Shown: positions 13,291 to 27,029, counted from the stretch's first letter. The stretch: 64,000 nt of DNA from Camelus dromedarius (GCF_036321535.1 NC_087436.1:41852001-41916000); one strand, 5' to 3'. Translations and numbers: made by a program. The notes: generated from the letters alone by a model not told the origin.

Positions 13291-13535
13291 ATAATGTTTA
13301 AAGGACCCTACAGCAATCTTTGGTGTTGGCCATATTCAAAATCTCTTCAATTTTTACCCTCCTGGTCCACTGCCCTCCAGCTTTAACTTGCTTGCAATCC
13401 CTTCAAGCATTTTACATGTTTTGCAATGGTTACATGAACTTTTGGAAAGTGGCATTTGCACCATCTCATACTTTATTCACAATGGCACTTTAGGAAAAGA
13501 ACTTGGAAAAAGCTTCCAAAGCAGTATTTTAAAAA
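13291..13535 (+). other. NDST4: 5'UTR portion of the NDST4 first coding exon
   Basis: Polypyrimidine tract and acceptor TCTTTATTATTTCTCATCTTTTTCAG|ATAATG (AG at 13289-13290), 245 nt upstream of the main ATG. An alternative TTTTAG lies at 13259-13264. Confidence 0.8.
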
Positions 13536-14513
13536 ATGAATCTTATTGTGAAGCTTCGGAGAAGTTTTCGAACCCTGATTGTTCTCTTAGCTACCTTTTG
13601 CCTGTTGAGCATTGTCATTTCTGCCTATTTCCTCTACTCTGGCTATAAACAGGAAATGACTCTTATTGAAACCACTGCGGAAGCAGAATGTACTGACATT
13701 AAAATCCTACCGTATCGATCAATGGAGCTGAAGACAGTTAAACCTATTGATACATCCAAAACGGATCCTACTGTCCTCCTGTTTGTGGAGAGCCAATATT
13801 CTCAACTTGGTCAAGATATTATAGCTATCTTGGAGTCCAGCCGATTTCAGTACCACATGGTCATTGCCCCCGGCAAGGGAGACATACCTCCTCTTACAGA
13901 CAATGGCAAAGGGAAATATATTTTAGTTATTTATGAAAATATTCTGAAGTATGTTAGCATGGACTCATGGAATCGAGAGCTTTTAGAAAAATACTGTGTG
14001 GAATACAGTGTTAGTATAATTGGTTTTCATAAAGCCAATGAGAACAGCTTACCAAGTACACAATTAAAAGGTTTTCCATTAAACCTTTTCAATAATCTGG
14101 CTCTAAAGGACTGTTTTGTCAACCCTCAGTCTCCTTTGCTGCATATTACCAAAGCCCCCAAAGTTGAGAAAGGCCCTCTTCCTGGGGAGGACTGGACAAT
14201 TTTTCATTATAATCATTCAACCTACCAGCCTGTGCTTTTAACTGAGTTACAGATGGAAAAACCCCTTCTATCCTTGTCTGGCAAACCACTCTATGCGACG
14301 GTGATTCAGGATCTGGGGCTTCATGATGGAATTCAGCGAGTACTTTTTGGCAACAACTTGAACTTTTGGCTGCACAAGCTCATCTTCATAGATGCCATCT
14401 CCTTCTTGTCAGGGAAGAGGCTGACATTGTCTTTGGACAGATACATCCTCGTGGACATTGATGACATCTTTGTTGGGAAGGAAGGAACAAGGATGAATGT
14501 CAAAGATGTAAAG
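13536..14513 (+). CDS. NDST4: NDST4 first coding exon, codons 1-326: cytoplasmic tail, type II signal-anchor, N-terminal domain and start of the N-deacetylase domain
   Basis: The [39 protein letters not shown]...[19 protein letters not shown]...[55 protein letters not shown] matches the NDST4 N-terminus as I recall it. It has a hydrophobic anchor (~aa14-34), the NDST DIDDIF deacetylase motif (aa307-312) and an NHS sequon. It ends at a phase-0 donor AAG|GTAAGA (14513/14514). The ORF-track extension to 14570 is intron read-through. Confidence 0.96.
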
Positions 14514-16116
14514 GTAAGAACATTTATAAATAACATCATGATGTTTTCTTCACTGACTTTGTGGTATTGATAAAATATAATTTTGAATATCTTATATTCC
14601 TAATTACTCAAACCTTTAAGAGGCAGTAGGTTTGAAATAAAATAAGCGTTAAAAATAAAAAACTTGAACTAAGCCTTATCCATTCCTCAGCTACACCTTA
14701 GATGTGTCAGAGGAGCATTGAATTAAATATTCCAAAGAGTATTTGAATTTAATCCCCCTGCCTCTTCCTAGGCTTTGCCCATCCCAGCTAGCCCCCCCAT
14801 AGAAACGGCTTCCTTTACTCTGCACATGTTGCAGTTTGTAGCAGTGAGACTAATAGAGGCATGGAAACCTATCACTGGGCTGGACTAACTATTCTCCTGC
14901 CCGACCTGGGTTTGACAATGGTGTATGAAATACAAGATGGAGAAGCAACCCAGGACCTTTCTGCAACCTCAAGTAAGCATAATTCTTGCCTATATGAAAT
15001 ATTCATACACTTGTAAATATAGCTATGAACAAAAAATAGTTTTACAGGAAATGTGGTATTGGACTGACCTCAGGAGGCTTCCATCACTATCTCTATTATC
15101 ATATCGTTTTGTGTAAAACAGTAGAGTTACTGGAATCGCTCCTAGGTTATGATCAAATTGACTGCAGGATAACAAATTTACCCCATGATTGCTATTAGAT
15201 AAAGAAAAAGCCAAATATGTTTTGCTGGGTTAGGTAGGTAGTTCTGAGAATAATTCCTTTTTTTATCATCTTGATTCAGCATTCTCACTTGGGTCTATCT
15301 TGTTTTATGTATAATTAAATTCATTCTGTGAATCAATAATTTTAGCAAACATAGAAACAAAAATAATAGGACACAGCTTAGAATTATAAAGGAACTAAAG
15401 ATTGCTACGATCATATCATCTTTTTTGAATTTCTGCTGTTTAGTCTTTTTATCCTCTAAAGATGAAGCCTTCATACCACTTCAAAATAACAGCTTTTTCC
15501 CCTTATCCTAACATATTATGACCACTATAATAAAATATGATTAAAACCAGTAAAATAATTTCACTTTTTAAAAATCTTCAGAGGAAATGTAGACCAAGAA
15601 ACTGTTTTTAGTGAGCCACTAAATGAAGAAACACTTAACTGGGATCCAAAAATTTCATTTTGGGCATAGTTGTAAAGGGATTTCTGGAGTTCAATCTAGA
15701 TTTCTCTTTTTTTTCCCCCTTATGTTTCTCATATTTACTGTTCCTTTTAATTAATATAAATGCTAGTTTTATTTTAATTTCAAAATCATAAACTTAAGGC
15801 AAGGTCATGAGTTCAGACGGCTCTCTAAATGATTCCTATCCTGAAATCCTGAAAAGAGAAGGTTTCCCGATGTCAGTCTAACAAACTATATTGCTTGAAA
15901 AAGTTCTTTATAACTCTAACAAAATTTTCCCACTCAAATTCAGCTATCTCACTTACTCTCTATAGAATAACAAAGAGCTATTCACCACTACTCAAATAAT
16001 ATACAGGATTATTGATGATTTCTTAAGTGACATAACCCCAAACAAAATAACTGAATACTGAAATTTAACAAAGGCTAGAGCAATGCCACAGGCAGATAAA
16101 GAATCAGTAAAGTTGA

Positions 16117-16167
16117 GTGTGTGTGTGTGTGTGTGTACATATGTATACTAATTGTATAGTCCTACAC

Positions 16168-16202
<35 letters not shown>

Positions 16203-16212
16203 CACACACACA
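16117..16212. repeat. (GT)10 and interrupted (AC)~24 microsatellites in inverted arrangement
   Basis: GT run at 16117-16136 and AC run at 16164-16212. Confidence 0.95.
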
Positions 16213-18649
16213 GAGTAAGTTAACTGAAAATACTCTTTTCTACCCCTTCAGATGTTATTTCTGGTTCTCTCTCAGAAGTATTAATCAAAGAATATCAGAA
16301 ACTTTGTAGGGAGTGAGGTCTATTAACCTCTTGGGTTTCTTACAGGTCAATTGGAATTATTGGTTTTCAATATAAAAATCATAGTTCTAGTCTTTGGCAT
16401 TTGATTTCTATTTTGACTAATGTTTTTTCCATAAATATGATTTTGTGGGAGAGAATCAGATTCTCTGTGTAGAGAAATTCTGCATACTCCCAGTTTTCCA
16501 TCCTCATGTTCATTTCCTGGTGCTGTAACATTTCATTACACACAGGTAGATGAGCAGAATCCATCCTCCTTCAAAAATGCCCTGAATTTTCTAGAGGAAG
16601 GGTACTGGATATCTAGTAACATTTTTCTGTATTATTCCGAAATTGAGAGTACAAGTGTTTTGTTCCCCAGTGGAACAAATTGAGGAAAGCTGGAGGGTCA
16701 TGGTTGAAAATTCTTGATTATGTGTGCCACTCACCCCAGGCCACTCCCACAGTTAGATTGGGAGCAGGGAGCGGGGAGCAGTTAACAGCAGATTCAAACA
16801 TAGCCTTGTCTGCAGCACTCTATGGACAAAAATGTAGTAGCATATTTTTATTTGAGCCAATTTACCCACTTTGAGATAGAGATTCTGGATCACAGTGCTA
16901 AAGAATCAGCATTTTTAATGTACAGAATCTGATGCAGTGAAAAGAATATGAGCTGTTTAACTGAATTTGAAAGTCCGTATTCTTTCCACTGCATGGTTCT
17001 GTCAGATTTAAACTATAACATACCTAGTTTTGGGGTTTGGGGGGGTTTTATTAGAAATTTTCATGCTTTATCTTATTTCATCATGCTCTCATTTGACCAA
17101 AGCTACTGAGACAGAAATTAATTTGTCCATTTCCAAATCAGGCAAAATTAAGATCAGGCAGTTTCAGTAACTATCATCTAATTGTTAATAAAATTTCATT
17201 GTGTATCTAAAAACTCACGATATGAGAGAAAAATTAATGAATAGAAACTTCTAAAAACTAATTTATATTTTGAAAAATTGTGAAATATTAATTAGGGATA
17301 AATCAGAAAATATAGCCACATTTTGATTTGGTAATATTTCAGTGTGGTCCTCAAGGCAATCCCAAAATACTTCCTGTATATCTAAAGCTCTATTAGCAAG
17401 ATGACCTTAGGCTATTTAGGGGGATTTCTTATACACTCGAATTTATTCTTTCTTGGTCTTGAAAGCAATTCTTGTTTTCATTATGATCTTAATTATATGT
17501 AGGTAATGTTCATTCCGAAAGTGGTATCAGTTCAGTGAGCATGCATTTTTAGAGAAATCTAAAATAATAAAGGGCCTTCCTGATTATTAAAAATTAAAAA
17601 ATTAATTTTAAAAGTTTCCTTGCAGCCCAATAACCTGATTTCTGTGGACAGTGTTTTACCCCTGGTTGGGACACTTGGTACTGTACATAAAACTTTGGTA
17701 GCATACAGAAAATATGTTCTTTGTTCATAGTTTCCCTAAGGCAGAATAAATGCTCTTTCTCAATGAGGTTTTTGAAAATCGTGAACATGGTGAATGTAAG
17801 CTTCCACACTGGCAGCAAAATCAGATTTATTATTGATGCTACCAGTAAGTTTGGTTCTCTACTCAGGCATGTTGACCTGTCGTTATTCTTTCTGTTGGCA
17901 ACGAAACATCATTAGTAGCATTTTTATATGTCTACACTTCTTGAAGAAATACATCCATTTATTTATTGAACATCTACTGTATGTAAGGATATATTTAAGT
18001 CGTTATCTGCCTGAGAAATCCAAACTTATTTTAAGTATGTGATCCTGCTTAATTTACCTTTTCAATATTTATTCTTACTACTTCTCAATACACACTGTTT
18101 CTGTTAGGCTAGCCCACTGTGTATTCATTCCTCTGTGACTGCCTGCTCATCTTTACTTTCACCTCCTTTCTCAGCTTCCATGCCTTGACTGAAATACTTT
18201 CCTTGAATCTACCCATATTTCAAAAGATAGTTCAAGCAGCAACTTCCTGTGAGAAGGTGACACATGTAGAAGGTGACTTCACTTTAAACTGAAACTGAGT
18301 CCTTGAATAATCATTGGCCTTAACTGTCACTTAGCATCTTCAAGTACATGAGTCAACTCCAAAAGCAGGTGGTGAAATAGTTTTCTCATACATCTAATTA
18401 TGTCCCAACATATGTAATAAGCAACCTTAGACATAATTGAAAATATTATATTGACAGTTATTATACTGTTTTTAACTGGTGAGTGCAGAATTAATTAGTC
18501 TCAGAATTGGCTTACAACTTTAGAAAATAGTAACTTAAATAATAGTTTTGAGCTTTGTCTCAAAACTAGTGATATGTATATTTTGAGTCAGTTGCAAAAC
18601 TAGGGGGAGAAAATCTACATTGTAAACCTGAAGTCCAAATTAATAATAG

Positions 18650-18810
18650 ACTCTAAGCACTGGGCTAATCGTTAATGGGTAATATGTCATTTAATATGAC
18701 AATACTAAGAGGAAACATTTTGTACGTTTTCTGTATGAATAAAATGAGGCTTAGCAATATTAAGGTACTCATCTAGCTAGTAAATGGCAGAGCAAATCCA
18801 GACTATTTGT
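18650..18810 (-). mobile_element. MIR SINE fragment
   Basis: AAAATGAGGCTTAG...TTAAGGTACT...CTAGCTAGTAAATGGCAGAGC, similar to the MIR core. Confidence 0.55.
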
Positions 18811-20907
18811 CCTGGATGTGTGAGCTTTCTTTTAGAAAACAATGGCTTGTGCTTGGGTTTCAGTCTGGGCATCTACACTTAATAGTTAACCTTGAATATG
18901 GCTGAAAACCTCTCTAATTCTGAGATTGCAGATCTGTAGCACCACAGGAAGCAACACAATTTTTAGTATCATGGTGAGCCCTGAATGAGAGGAGTGGAAG
19001 AAGCTAGGACAGAGCCTGGCCTGTTGGATTGACTCAGCTTAGCTTGGTGGCAGTCAGGATGGAAAGGGGAGATTGAGAACACCCAGACAGAAGTAGAATT
19101 GACAGGACTTGTGCACATATTCAAGGAAGGAGCAGAAAAGAAGGTGGAGATGCTGTAGCATCATGATTTTTAGCCTGGGTATGTCCGTAACATATGCAGA
19201 ATCAGGCAGAGGAAAAGTTGCTAGGAAGATGAGCAGTTTGGCTTAAGACCTAACAATTTAACGTGGGACATCTAGATGCAGGCATTTGAAAAGGTAAATC
19301 TAGATTTTGGATACCATCAGAGGTGGCAGTGTAGATTTATAAATCATCAAGCTTAATACTTGTAATTTTCATAATGATCACTAAAGGGAAATGAGTCAAA
19401 GAAGAAGAAAAACAGATTGAATGCATCATCTTGGATACCCTGGAACAAATCCTAGGTCATTAAAAGTTAGTTTCACACAAAGAAAACTCATCGCATGTAC
19501 CAAGATGGTAGCCTTCCCCTTAGCCTCTCATTGTTTATAAAGAAGAAAGCCTGGACCTCAGTAAGTACTGGCAGTCCTCAGAAAAATAAAATTAAAGGAA
19601 TGCCTGACTGGGAACAACAGTATGTTTGTGCAGCAGAAAAGGCACAATCTTTCATCTGGAATCTATAATTTTGAATTTTTTTTCTTCTCATTTATGACCC
19701 CTTGATTAATAAGAAATGCAATAGGACCCCCTCCTAACATGACTGTGAGATGTACCAAATGTCATAAATATTCCTGAAATTTGTAGTAATATATAGAAGT
19801 TAAGTGTTAAATGAACAAGGAAGCTAAATCTTTGTTTTTAGCTCTTGTACCCAACAATTATGTTCTACTAAGAGCATTTTACTTAGTTTTTATGTATTAT
19901 TTTTTTCTTGATGACATTGTTTATTGTGAATGTCTATTTTTTTGTTAGAAAAAATGGATTTTAGAGGCATACTTTCATTTAAACCTGTTTTCTGGATTTC
20001 AGTCAATTATTATTACTTCTTTATGAAGCATATTTTAAAACAAGACCTGTTACCAAGTAAGGGTTTTCTTTTTTTTTTAAGTTTTCTATATGCAAATGAG
20101 ATTTTAATTTATGATTAGACATTCCCTGAATTCATTTGCACTCAAAACAGGCTAAATAGGAATGGATCTGACACTAACTTGAGTGCTCACTTTGTTAGTT
20201 CACAGTATAAGGTAATTACTGAGCAGAGAGCAATCTCTTGATACACCAGGGGAAGAACAGACTTAAAGTCTGGGAGCTCCATTTTGTTACTCAAGATATA
20301 GCTGTTGTCTCCATGGGAAAGAGAAAATGTTAGAAACATTTTGGTAAAAGCAACCAAGCTGGCCAGGTCCCAGTAAAATAAAAAACAACCCCAATTAGAG
20401 CCCTTAAATGTTATGAATAATGCTTTAAAAGCCCAAGGAATATCCATGGGGGGTATTTTCCAATTGGTTTTATATATTTTGCCATTCTCTGTGATTATAC
20501 AAATAGTGATTAATTAATTAGCCAATTAATTGGCTCAGATTATAATAAGGCTCTTCAGTGAAAGTTGTTGTTAATGATAATCATCAAAATATACTACAAA
20601 GTGGTTTCCTATCTGAAGCATGACTAAAGAGAAAAACAAAACAAAATAAAACTTGCTCCTTTATACTCCTTGTAGAAATACACAGTATGTTATAAAATAT
20701 ATTAAATTATCACAGAGGAAAGCACCTTGGTTATAGAATCTTGCAGCAGCTAGAATATATTATTATAATTATTCAGATAACAGATTAAAATGTTAAAGCT
20801 GTCATAGGTATTGAATTTTACTTTCATTCAACCCATCATTTTTTTATATCTACTCTGAGTTTTGCTCTCCATCTTTCTGCTGGGGTTGATCATTTCCATC
20901 CATTAAC

Positions 20908-22425
20908 TTTTTCTTCTTTTTTTTTTTTAAATTGAAATACAGTTCACATACAATATTAAGTTAGTTTCAGGTTTGATACATAGTGATTTGATATTTTCAT
21001 ACTTTACAAAATGATCACCATTGTAAGTCTAGTAAGCATGAGTCCTCAGAATTATTACAATATTACTGATCATATTTCCTATACTGCATATTATATCACT
21101 GTGGCTTATTTATTGTGTAATTGGGAGTTTGTACATCTTTATTTGCTTCACCTAAATCACCTAACCACCCACTATTCTCCTGTCAGGCAACCAGCAGTTT
21201 GTTCCCTGTATCTATCCATCTGTTTGCATTGTTTGTTTTGTTTTTTTAAGTTTCCATATATAAGTGAGAATATGCAGTATTTGTCTTTCTCTATATAGCT
21301 TATCTCACTTAGCATGATACCCTCTAGGTCCACTCATGTCATTTTTTATGGCTGAGTAATATTCCACGGTACATATATACCACACCTTCTTAGTCCATTC
21401 ATCTATTGATGGACACTTAGGCTGCTTCCATATCTTGGCTTTTGTAACTAATGCTATAATGAACATTGGCATGCATATACCTTTTGGAATGAGTGTTTTT
21501 GTTTTCTTCAGCTAAATACTCAGAAGTGAAATTGCTAGATCATATGGTAGTTCTATTTTTAATTATTTGAGGAACCTCTATACTATTTTCTATAGTGGAC
21601 CCACTGATACACAATCTCTCCAATAGTGCACAATGGTTCCCCTTTCTCCACATCCTCACCAACACTTGTTATTGTTGTTCTGATGATAGCCATTCTGACA
21701 GATGTGAAGTGGTATCTCATTCTCTTTTCGATTTACATTTACCTGATGATTAGTAATGTTGAACATCTTTTTATGTGTCCATGGGCCATCTGTATGTCTT
21801 TTTTGGAAAAATGTCTATTCATGTCTTCTACTCATTTTTTATTGGATTGTTTGTTTTTTTTCATTTTGAGTTGTGAGAGCTCTTCTGTGTATTTGAATAT
21901 TAACCCTTTTCAGATATATCATTTGCAAATATCTTCTCACATTCAGTCGGCTTCCTTTTCATTTTTTGATGACTTATTTCACTAAACAAAATCTTTTCAG
22001 TTTGATGTAGTCTTTCTTATTTATTTTCACTTTACTTGCCTTGTCTGAGGAGAAAGATCCAAAAATATACTGCCAAGGCTGATGTCAAAAAGAATACTGC
22101 CTATGTTTTCTTCTAGGAGGTTTATGATTTCTCATCTTAGATTTGGGTCATTAATCCATTTTGAGTTTATTTTTGTATATGGTGTGAGAAAATGTTCTAA
22201 TTTTAATCTTTTACATGTAGGTGCCCAGTTTTCCAACACCACTTACTGAAAAGGTTGTCCTTTCCCCATTGTTTATTCTTGCCTCCTTTGTTGTTGATTA
22301 ATTAACCATAGAAGTGTAGAGTTTATTTCTGGGCTCTCTATTCTGTTTCATTGATCTATGTATCTTTAGCTGTTGAAAACTTTTTCTGCTAGTCTTCAGG
22401 TTGTTCTCATGGATAGTTGCTCTAT
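20908..22425 (-). mobile_element. L1 (L1MA9-like) 3' ~1.5 kb: end of ORF2, 3'UTR and poly(A); 5'UTR-like piece at the far end
   Basis: T-tract followed by characteristic antisense L1 sequence (TTTTTATGGCTGAGTAATATTCC, TTGAGGAACCTC, GGCCATCTGTATGTCTTTTTTGGAAAAATGTCTATTCA, GGGCTCTCTATTCTGTTTCATTGATCTATG). Confidence 0.92.
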
Positions 22426-22799
22426 TAATATATATGTAAATCTCTAACTAGATAAATTATAATGACACAAAATAACACAATATGGAGTATTCTTCCTGCA
22501 GTAAAAAAAAAAAGACTGTCAGTTAACTTTTCTGAAGCAGCAATGGAAGCAAGATCTAAAATCATCTTTCTTTATGGGTGATTAGTCTTTTCCTTTGCTA
22601 AACAGAGAAACAGAGTTATCTTCTTAGCATAGACACTGAATGATGGGAAGATACTCTAACCCAGTCTTAAAAGTCTACCTCAAACTAACCTGATCTGAAT
22701 ACAAGTTGCTTGTTTTCTGGACATGAGCATATGTTTTACTGAAGGAGATGATTTGGGTGAAAACAAAATTTTCATTGGTAGGTGAAAATAAAATTTAAA

Positions 22800-23010
22800 A
22801 ACACTGGTTTTGAGAACAGGACTGAATCCTGGTTCTTCTAGTCATTAACAGTGATCTTGTGCAAATTACATCATTTTATGTGCCATCCTTTTCTCCCTAG
22901 TAAAGTTAGATCAAGTAATACTACATATTCAACGAGTTGCTGGGAAGATTAAATGATTTAACCCATGAATAACACTAAGAAACATGCTTGACATTTTGTA
23001 AAAATTAGTT
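22800..23010 (+). mobile_element. MIR SINE
   Basis: CTGAATCCTGGTTCT...GTGATCTTGTGCAAATTAC...GTTGCTGGGAAGATTAAATGA. Confidence 0.65.
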
Positions 23011-26000
23011 AATTTATTTAATACTAGAGAGTTCAAGAAAAAAGATTTCTTTTTTTTCAATAATTTGCTTACTGTATTTCATTGATTCTGATTCACATTT
23101 TTAGTTTCACAGTTTAGCATCTCAGATGCTAAAGTGTAAGGGTATGTCTTTTAATTGATAGCATCTTATATGCTATGAAGTTCAGTGATCTATATTGATT
23201 TTGTTTAAACTGAGATCATAGTTCCTAATTTACCTACCAGATTACCTAATATAAGTTCACATGATCAAATCTGAAAGTTGTCACCATTAGGTGTTTTGCC
23301 CTTTTGTTTTGAAAAATAAACCTATGAGAAAATCTTTGCTCATCAGGAAGATAATACTGTATAAACAGAAGTGCTTCCTCCAGTTGCTTATAATAAAGTT
23401 GTGGGACGTATAGTTAACATAACCTTTATGATTCTGTGTGATTGCAAATGGATGAGTTTGGAATGCATCAAGTAATAGCACATACTTTTAAATGAAAAAG
23501 ATGCTCTCCCTATTTAAAACACATAAATAAAAAGAGTTTCTGAAGTCTGTATTTCATAGTTAAAACTTTCACAGTTATTTGCTTGCCAGTAACTCTTACA
23601 AATAATATTTTATAAAAGATATTTGATAGCCAAAATGCCTTATGAGATTTATAACACATATATGCTGCATCTGTTTTTCTTTTTAAAGGAAAGATGTAAT
23701 GAACAAACCACAAAATAAATATAAGTTAAAAAGAAAACAAAAATTTTTCTTTCTTTAGAATGTCTATACTTGTAAAGCTTATACACCTGGGCAAAATTTT
23801 TTGTATCCTTGAATAATGTAATTTTTCTTTAAAAAAAATTTGTCTATCTATCCATCTGTATTATAGTACTAACATGCAGTGTTTAATTCTCAATTAATTT
23901 TACAAAGGGAATTGAATTCAGTAAATAAATATTTCCTATTGCTTGTTTTAATTTTATTATTTTTTATTCACTTTACTATTCCAGGATAAGCCATTACACA
24001 CAGTAAACATTACTCATATAAGATGAAATATGTAAAAAGTTCCATAGGTTTTTTTCATGCCCACTGTTCCTTTTCCAACATTAACTTCATTTCACATATA
24101 AGTAGAAACAGCCATAACTTTTGGACTATTTCATATATTCTTAATAATCGAGCAATATTCCAAAATCTTATTTCAATATACTCAACTAGAAATGACTTAA
24201 AAATACCAATTTGAAAGATAAAATTTGCTTACTCTATTTGTGTATTATAGTTTGCCTAATTTAATTATTTTAAGGACTTCTCACTCATAAATGCTACATT
24301 CAACCTACAATGAAAGAAAAAAGAAACTTTTTTTGTGTCTGTGGAGAAATGTTCATATGAAATACTGCTGCTAATAAAAAAAAGTACCATTCCTTATCAT
24401 ACAAACCCCCGAATATATACCAGACCCCAAAATGATATGTAATAATACCTACAATGGATTCTCACAGTCTGCTTTTGTTACTCCCACATTCAAAAGACAT
24501 AAATTTTAAACAGTAAACTATGTTTCAAATATTCAATTTTTATCCTATTTGGGAATTTTGAATGAAATTTTAGTTTTTGTTGCATAACTATTTAAAATTT
24601 AAATCTTGTTTTTAAATTTCTCAGACTGTCAGTAATAGTTATTTGATTGAAATTAAAGCTTTTATGATGCTTAAAGACGACTACCTTGACCTCTCAAAAT
24701 AAAAATGCATTTTGTATTTTCACAGTGAAAAGGAAGTTATAGTAATTTACAGGAAATACAGTAAAGTGCTCTCTCATTTAAAAAGTTTTACCAAATTGAG
24801 GCAGAAGAATGTCCCTGCTGCAAATTGTTCATCTTAAGGCCAATAAACCTTGTTGGGCCTTTTTTTTTCTCCAAATGGCACAAATGAAGAAAAGATCTAG
24901 CACATTTTTAAAAATGAAATAGGAAGTCATTGACTGACAACTGTGTAGTAATACTCTGGAGTATAAATGAATTTCATTTGAATGATTTGTGTACCAAAAT
25001 AGCCACTGTTACCATACTGTATTTGTCACTTACTACATAGAATGTAAACAATAAATAAATTTTTATATGGGAAATAAGAAGGTAGAAAAGGAAACATCTG
25101 AGGGAAGACAAGAGATAGCACTTGAAAGAACAAGCTTTTAGAGGTTTAGCGGGAACAACTCAAGACACATGTCAGGTTGTTCCTATACTGAAGCTTTAGA
25201 GAGAGCTAACCTAGTAAGATTAGGTGAGTTCCAGGAACACTATTATAAAAGTTTTAAGATTTCTGGTGACTGCTCCTTTATGTGTCGTTTATGGAATTTG
25301 TTTTTCTTTGTTTAGTTAAAAATCTTAGAAAACTTTGAAATAGATGTGACTAATTTGTGGGGTTAGTAGAAAATAGAATGTATGAATGTGCCTCTGTTTA
25401 AAGAAAGAAACTTGGATGAAACACAAGGTTCTGCTAGAATAGAAAAAGTGGGTGAAAAGAGAGATGATCTATAAAAAAAATTCTCCAGAAGAATTTTATG
25501 AGGAAAAAAATCATTGAATTCTATAGGTTAGTAATGTCTACTGCTTTGACAGTTCTCTATGGCTGTCCTTGGTCTCTGCACAAATGTATTATCAGTTCAT
25601 TGGAAGGCCAAATGTATCTCTTTGTAATCCCTCATTGTAAAATATTACATCCAAGTATGGTCACATGTGTAACTTATGAAACCCCTTCCCTAGTGAAGGT
25701 AATATAAGACATGGTGAAATGAAATATTATGGATGTCTGCAGGTATGTGTTTGGGGTCTGTGAGCAAAGAGGTAATATGCAACTGTGTTTATTCCCTAAG
25801 ATTATATTGCTCATTCCATATCCAATTTAACATCCATTCCATTTAATTTCTGTTTTCTTATCTTTGGTTATGATCAATTTTCACTGTATTTGTTGTTATA
25901 GTCGAAGTCAATTTTTTTTTTCTTTTTCTTATTTTGATTGTTGGGGATGGATGAAGTTATATTTTGGACAGTTGTCTTCATCACACTAAGAAAAATTTTA

Positions 26001-26963
26001 ATAATTTTCTGTTCAGTGCTATGTGCTAATAGGAAAGAATATAAGTTCTTGCTTCTTAGTCTTAATAAATTTGGTTTTGAGTGTGTGTGCAACTTAAGAG
26101 TACTTTGCATGGTGCCAGCTACTCTTCTGTTCTGACTCTCTGAAACCTTTTTTTTTTTTAAATAAGAAAGCACAATTAATTTTTGCTACCTGCTAAGTTT
26201 ATATAATTTAATTCTAAGCCTTTCTTACTGCTCTACTCAAGAAAAAGAAAAAGTGTGGAGTTCCTGTGGAGTACAATTTTACTTTGTACCATTACTACTT
26301 AAAAAAGAGAATTGAAAGAGATCTTGAAATTGAAACTGTTTCAGAATATGCTACATTCAAACATGGCCACATTTACCTCAAAGCAGGAGAAATCAGTTCA
26401 AGGCTTTGTGTTCTGCTATAAAAAAGTGTATCTGGATTTCAATGTCTTAAAATGTTAAAAAAAAAAGAAAAGGAAAGAAAAAATAGATGGTGTACGTTGA
26501 ACACAGGATAAAGTTAAACTATGTTTTAAAATCTCAGAACAAAATATTAAAATTTAACAGGAAAACAAAAAGAATTGTTTCCTATACTGGAAAACTGAGC
26601 ATAGGAAGCACAAATATCTTACTCGGATAACTAGCTCATCCAAATTTAAAAAGAAGTTTTATAATGATTAGCTTGAAAACCTTTGTTGCAGCAACAAACC
26701 CATCCCCCCAAAAATAAAATTGTCAAATATGTTGTTTTTCCATTTGCAATGGTACTATTGAAGTTGCTTTGCTATTCAGTGCAAGTAAAAGAATAAGTCC
26801 TTAGAGCAGTAATACAATTTAATATCATTAACATTATTCAAGCAGTTCAAAGTCCTGTTCATCAGTGACAGTAATGGCTCAGGTGGGCTGACAGCTATGA
26901 AAAGGTAAAGGTGTCATTTCCTATCCACAATAAGGAGGAAAAAAAGGTGGAAAGGGACCCCTG

Positions 26964-27029
26964 TATATATATTTATTGATATATAAATACATACATGTGT
27001 ATACATATATACATATATAGTGAATATAC

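Noticed and set aside
13388..13648. 86-aa ORF overlapping the NDST4 start
   Set aside because: Starts at TTG and contains no upstream ATG in its frame; an alternate-frame by-product.
14514..14570. C-terminal 18 aa of the 344-aa ORF as part of canonical NDST4
   Set aside because: Similarity to NDST ends at KDVK, exactly at a consensus GTAAGA donor; the rest is intron.
21626..21985. 119-aa hydrophobic ORF
   Set aside because: Antisense reading of L1 ORF2/3'UTR.
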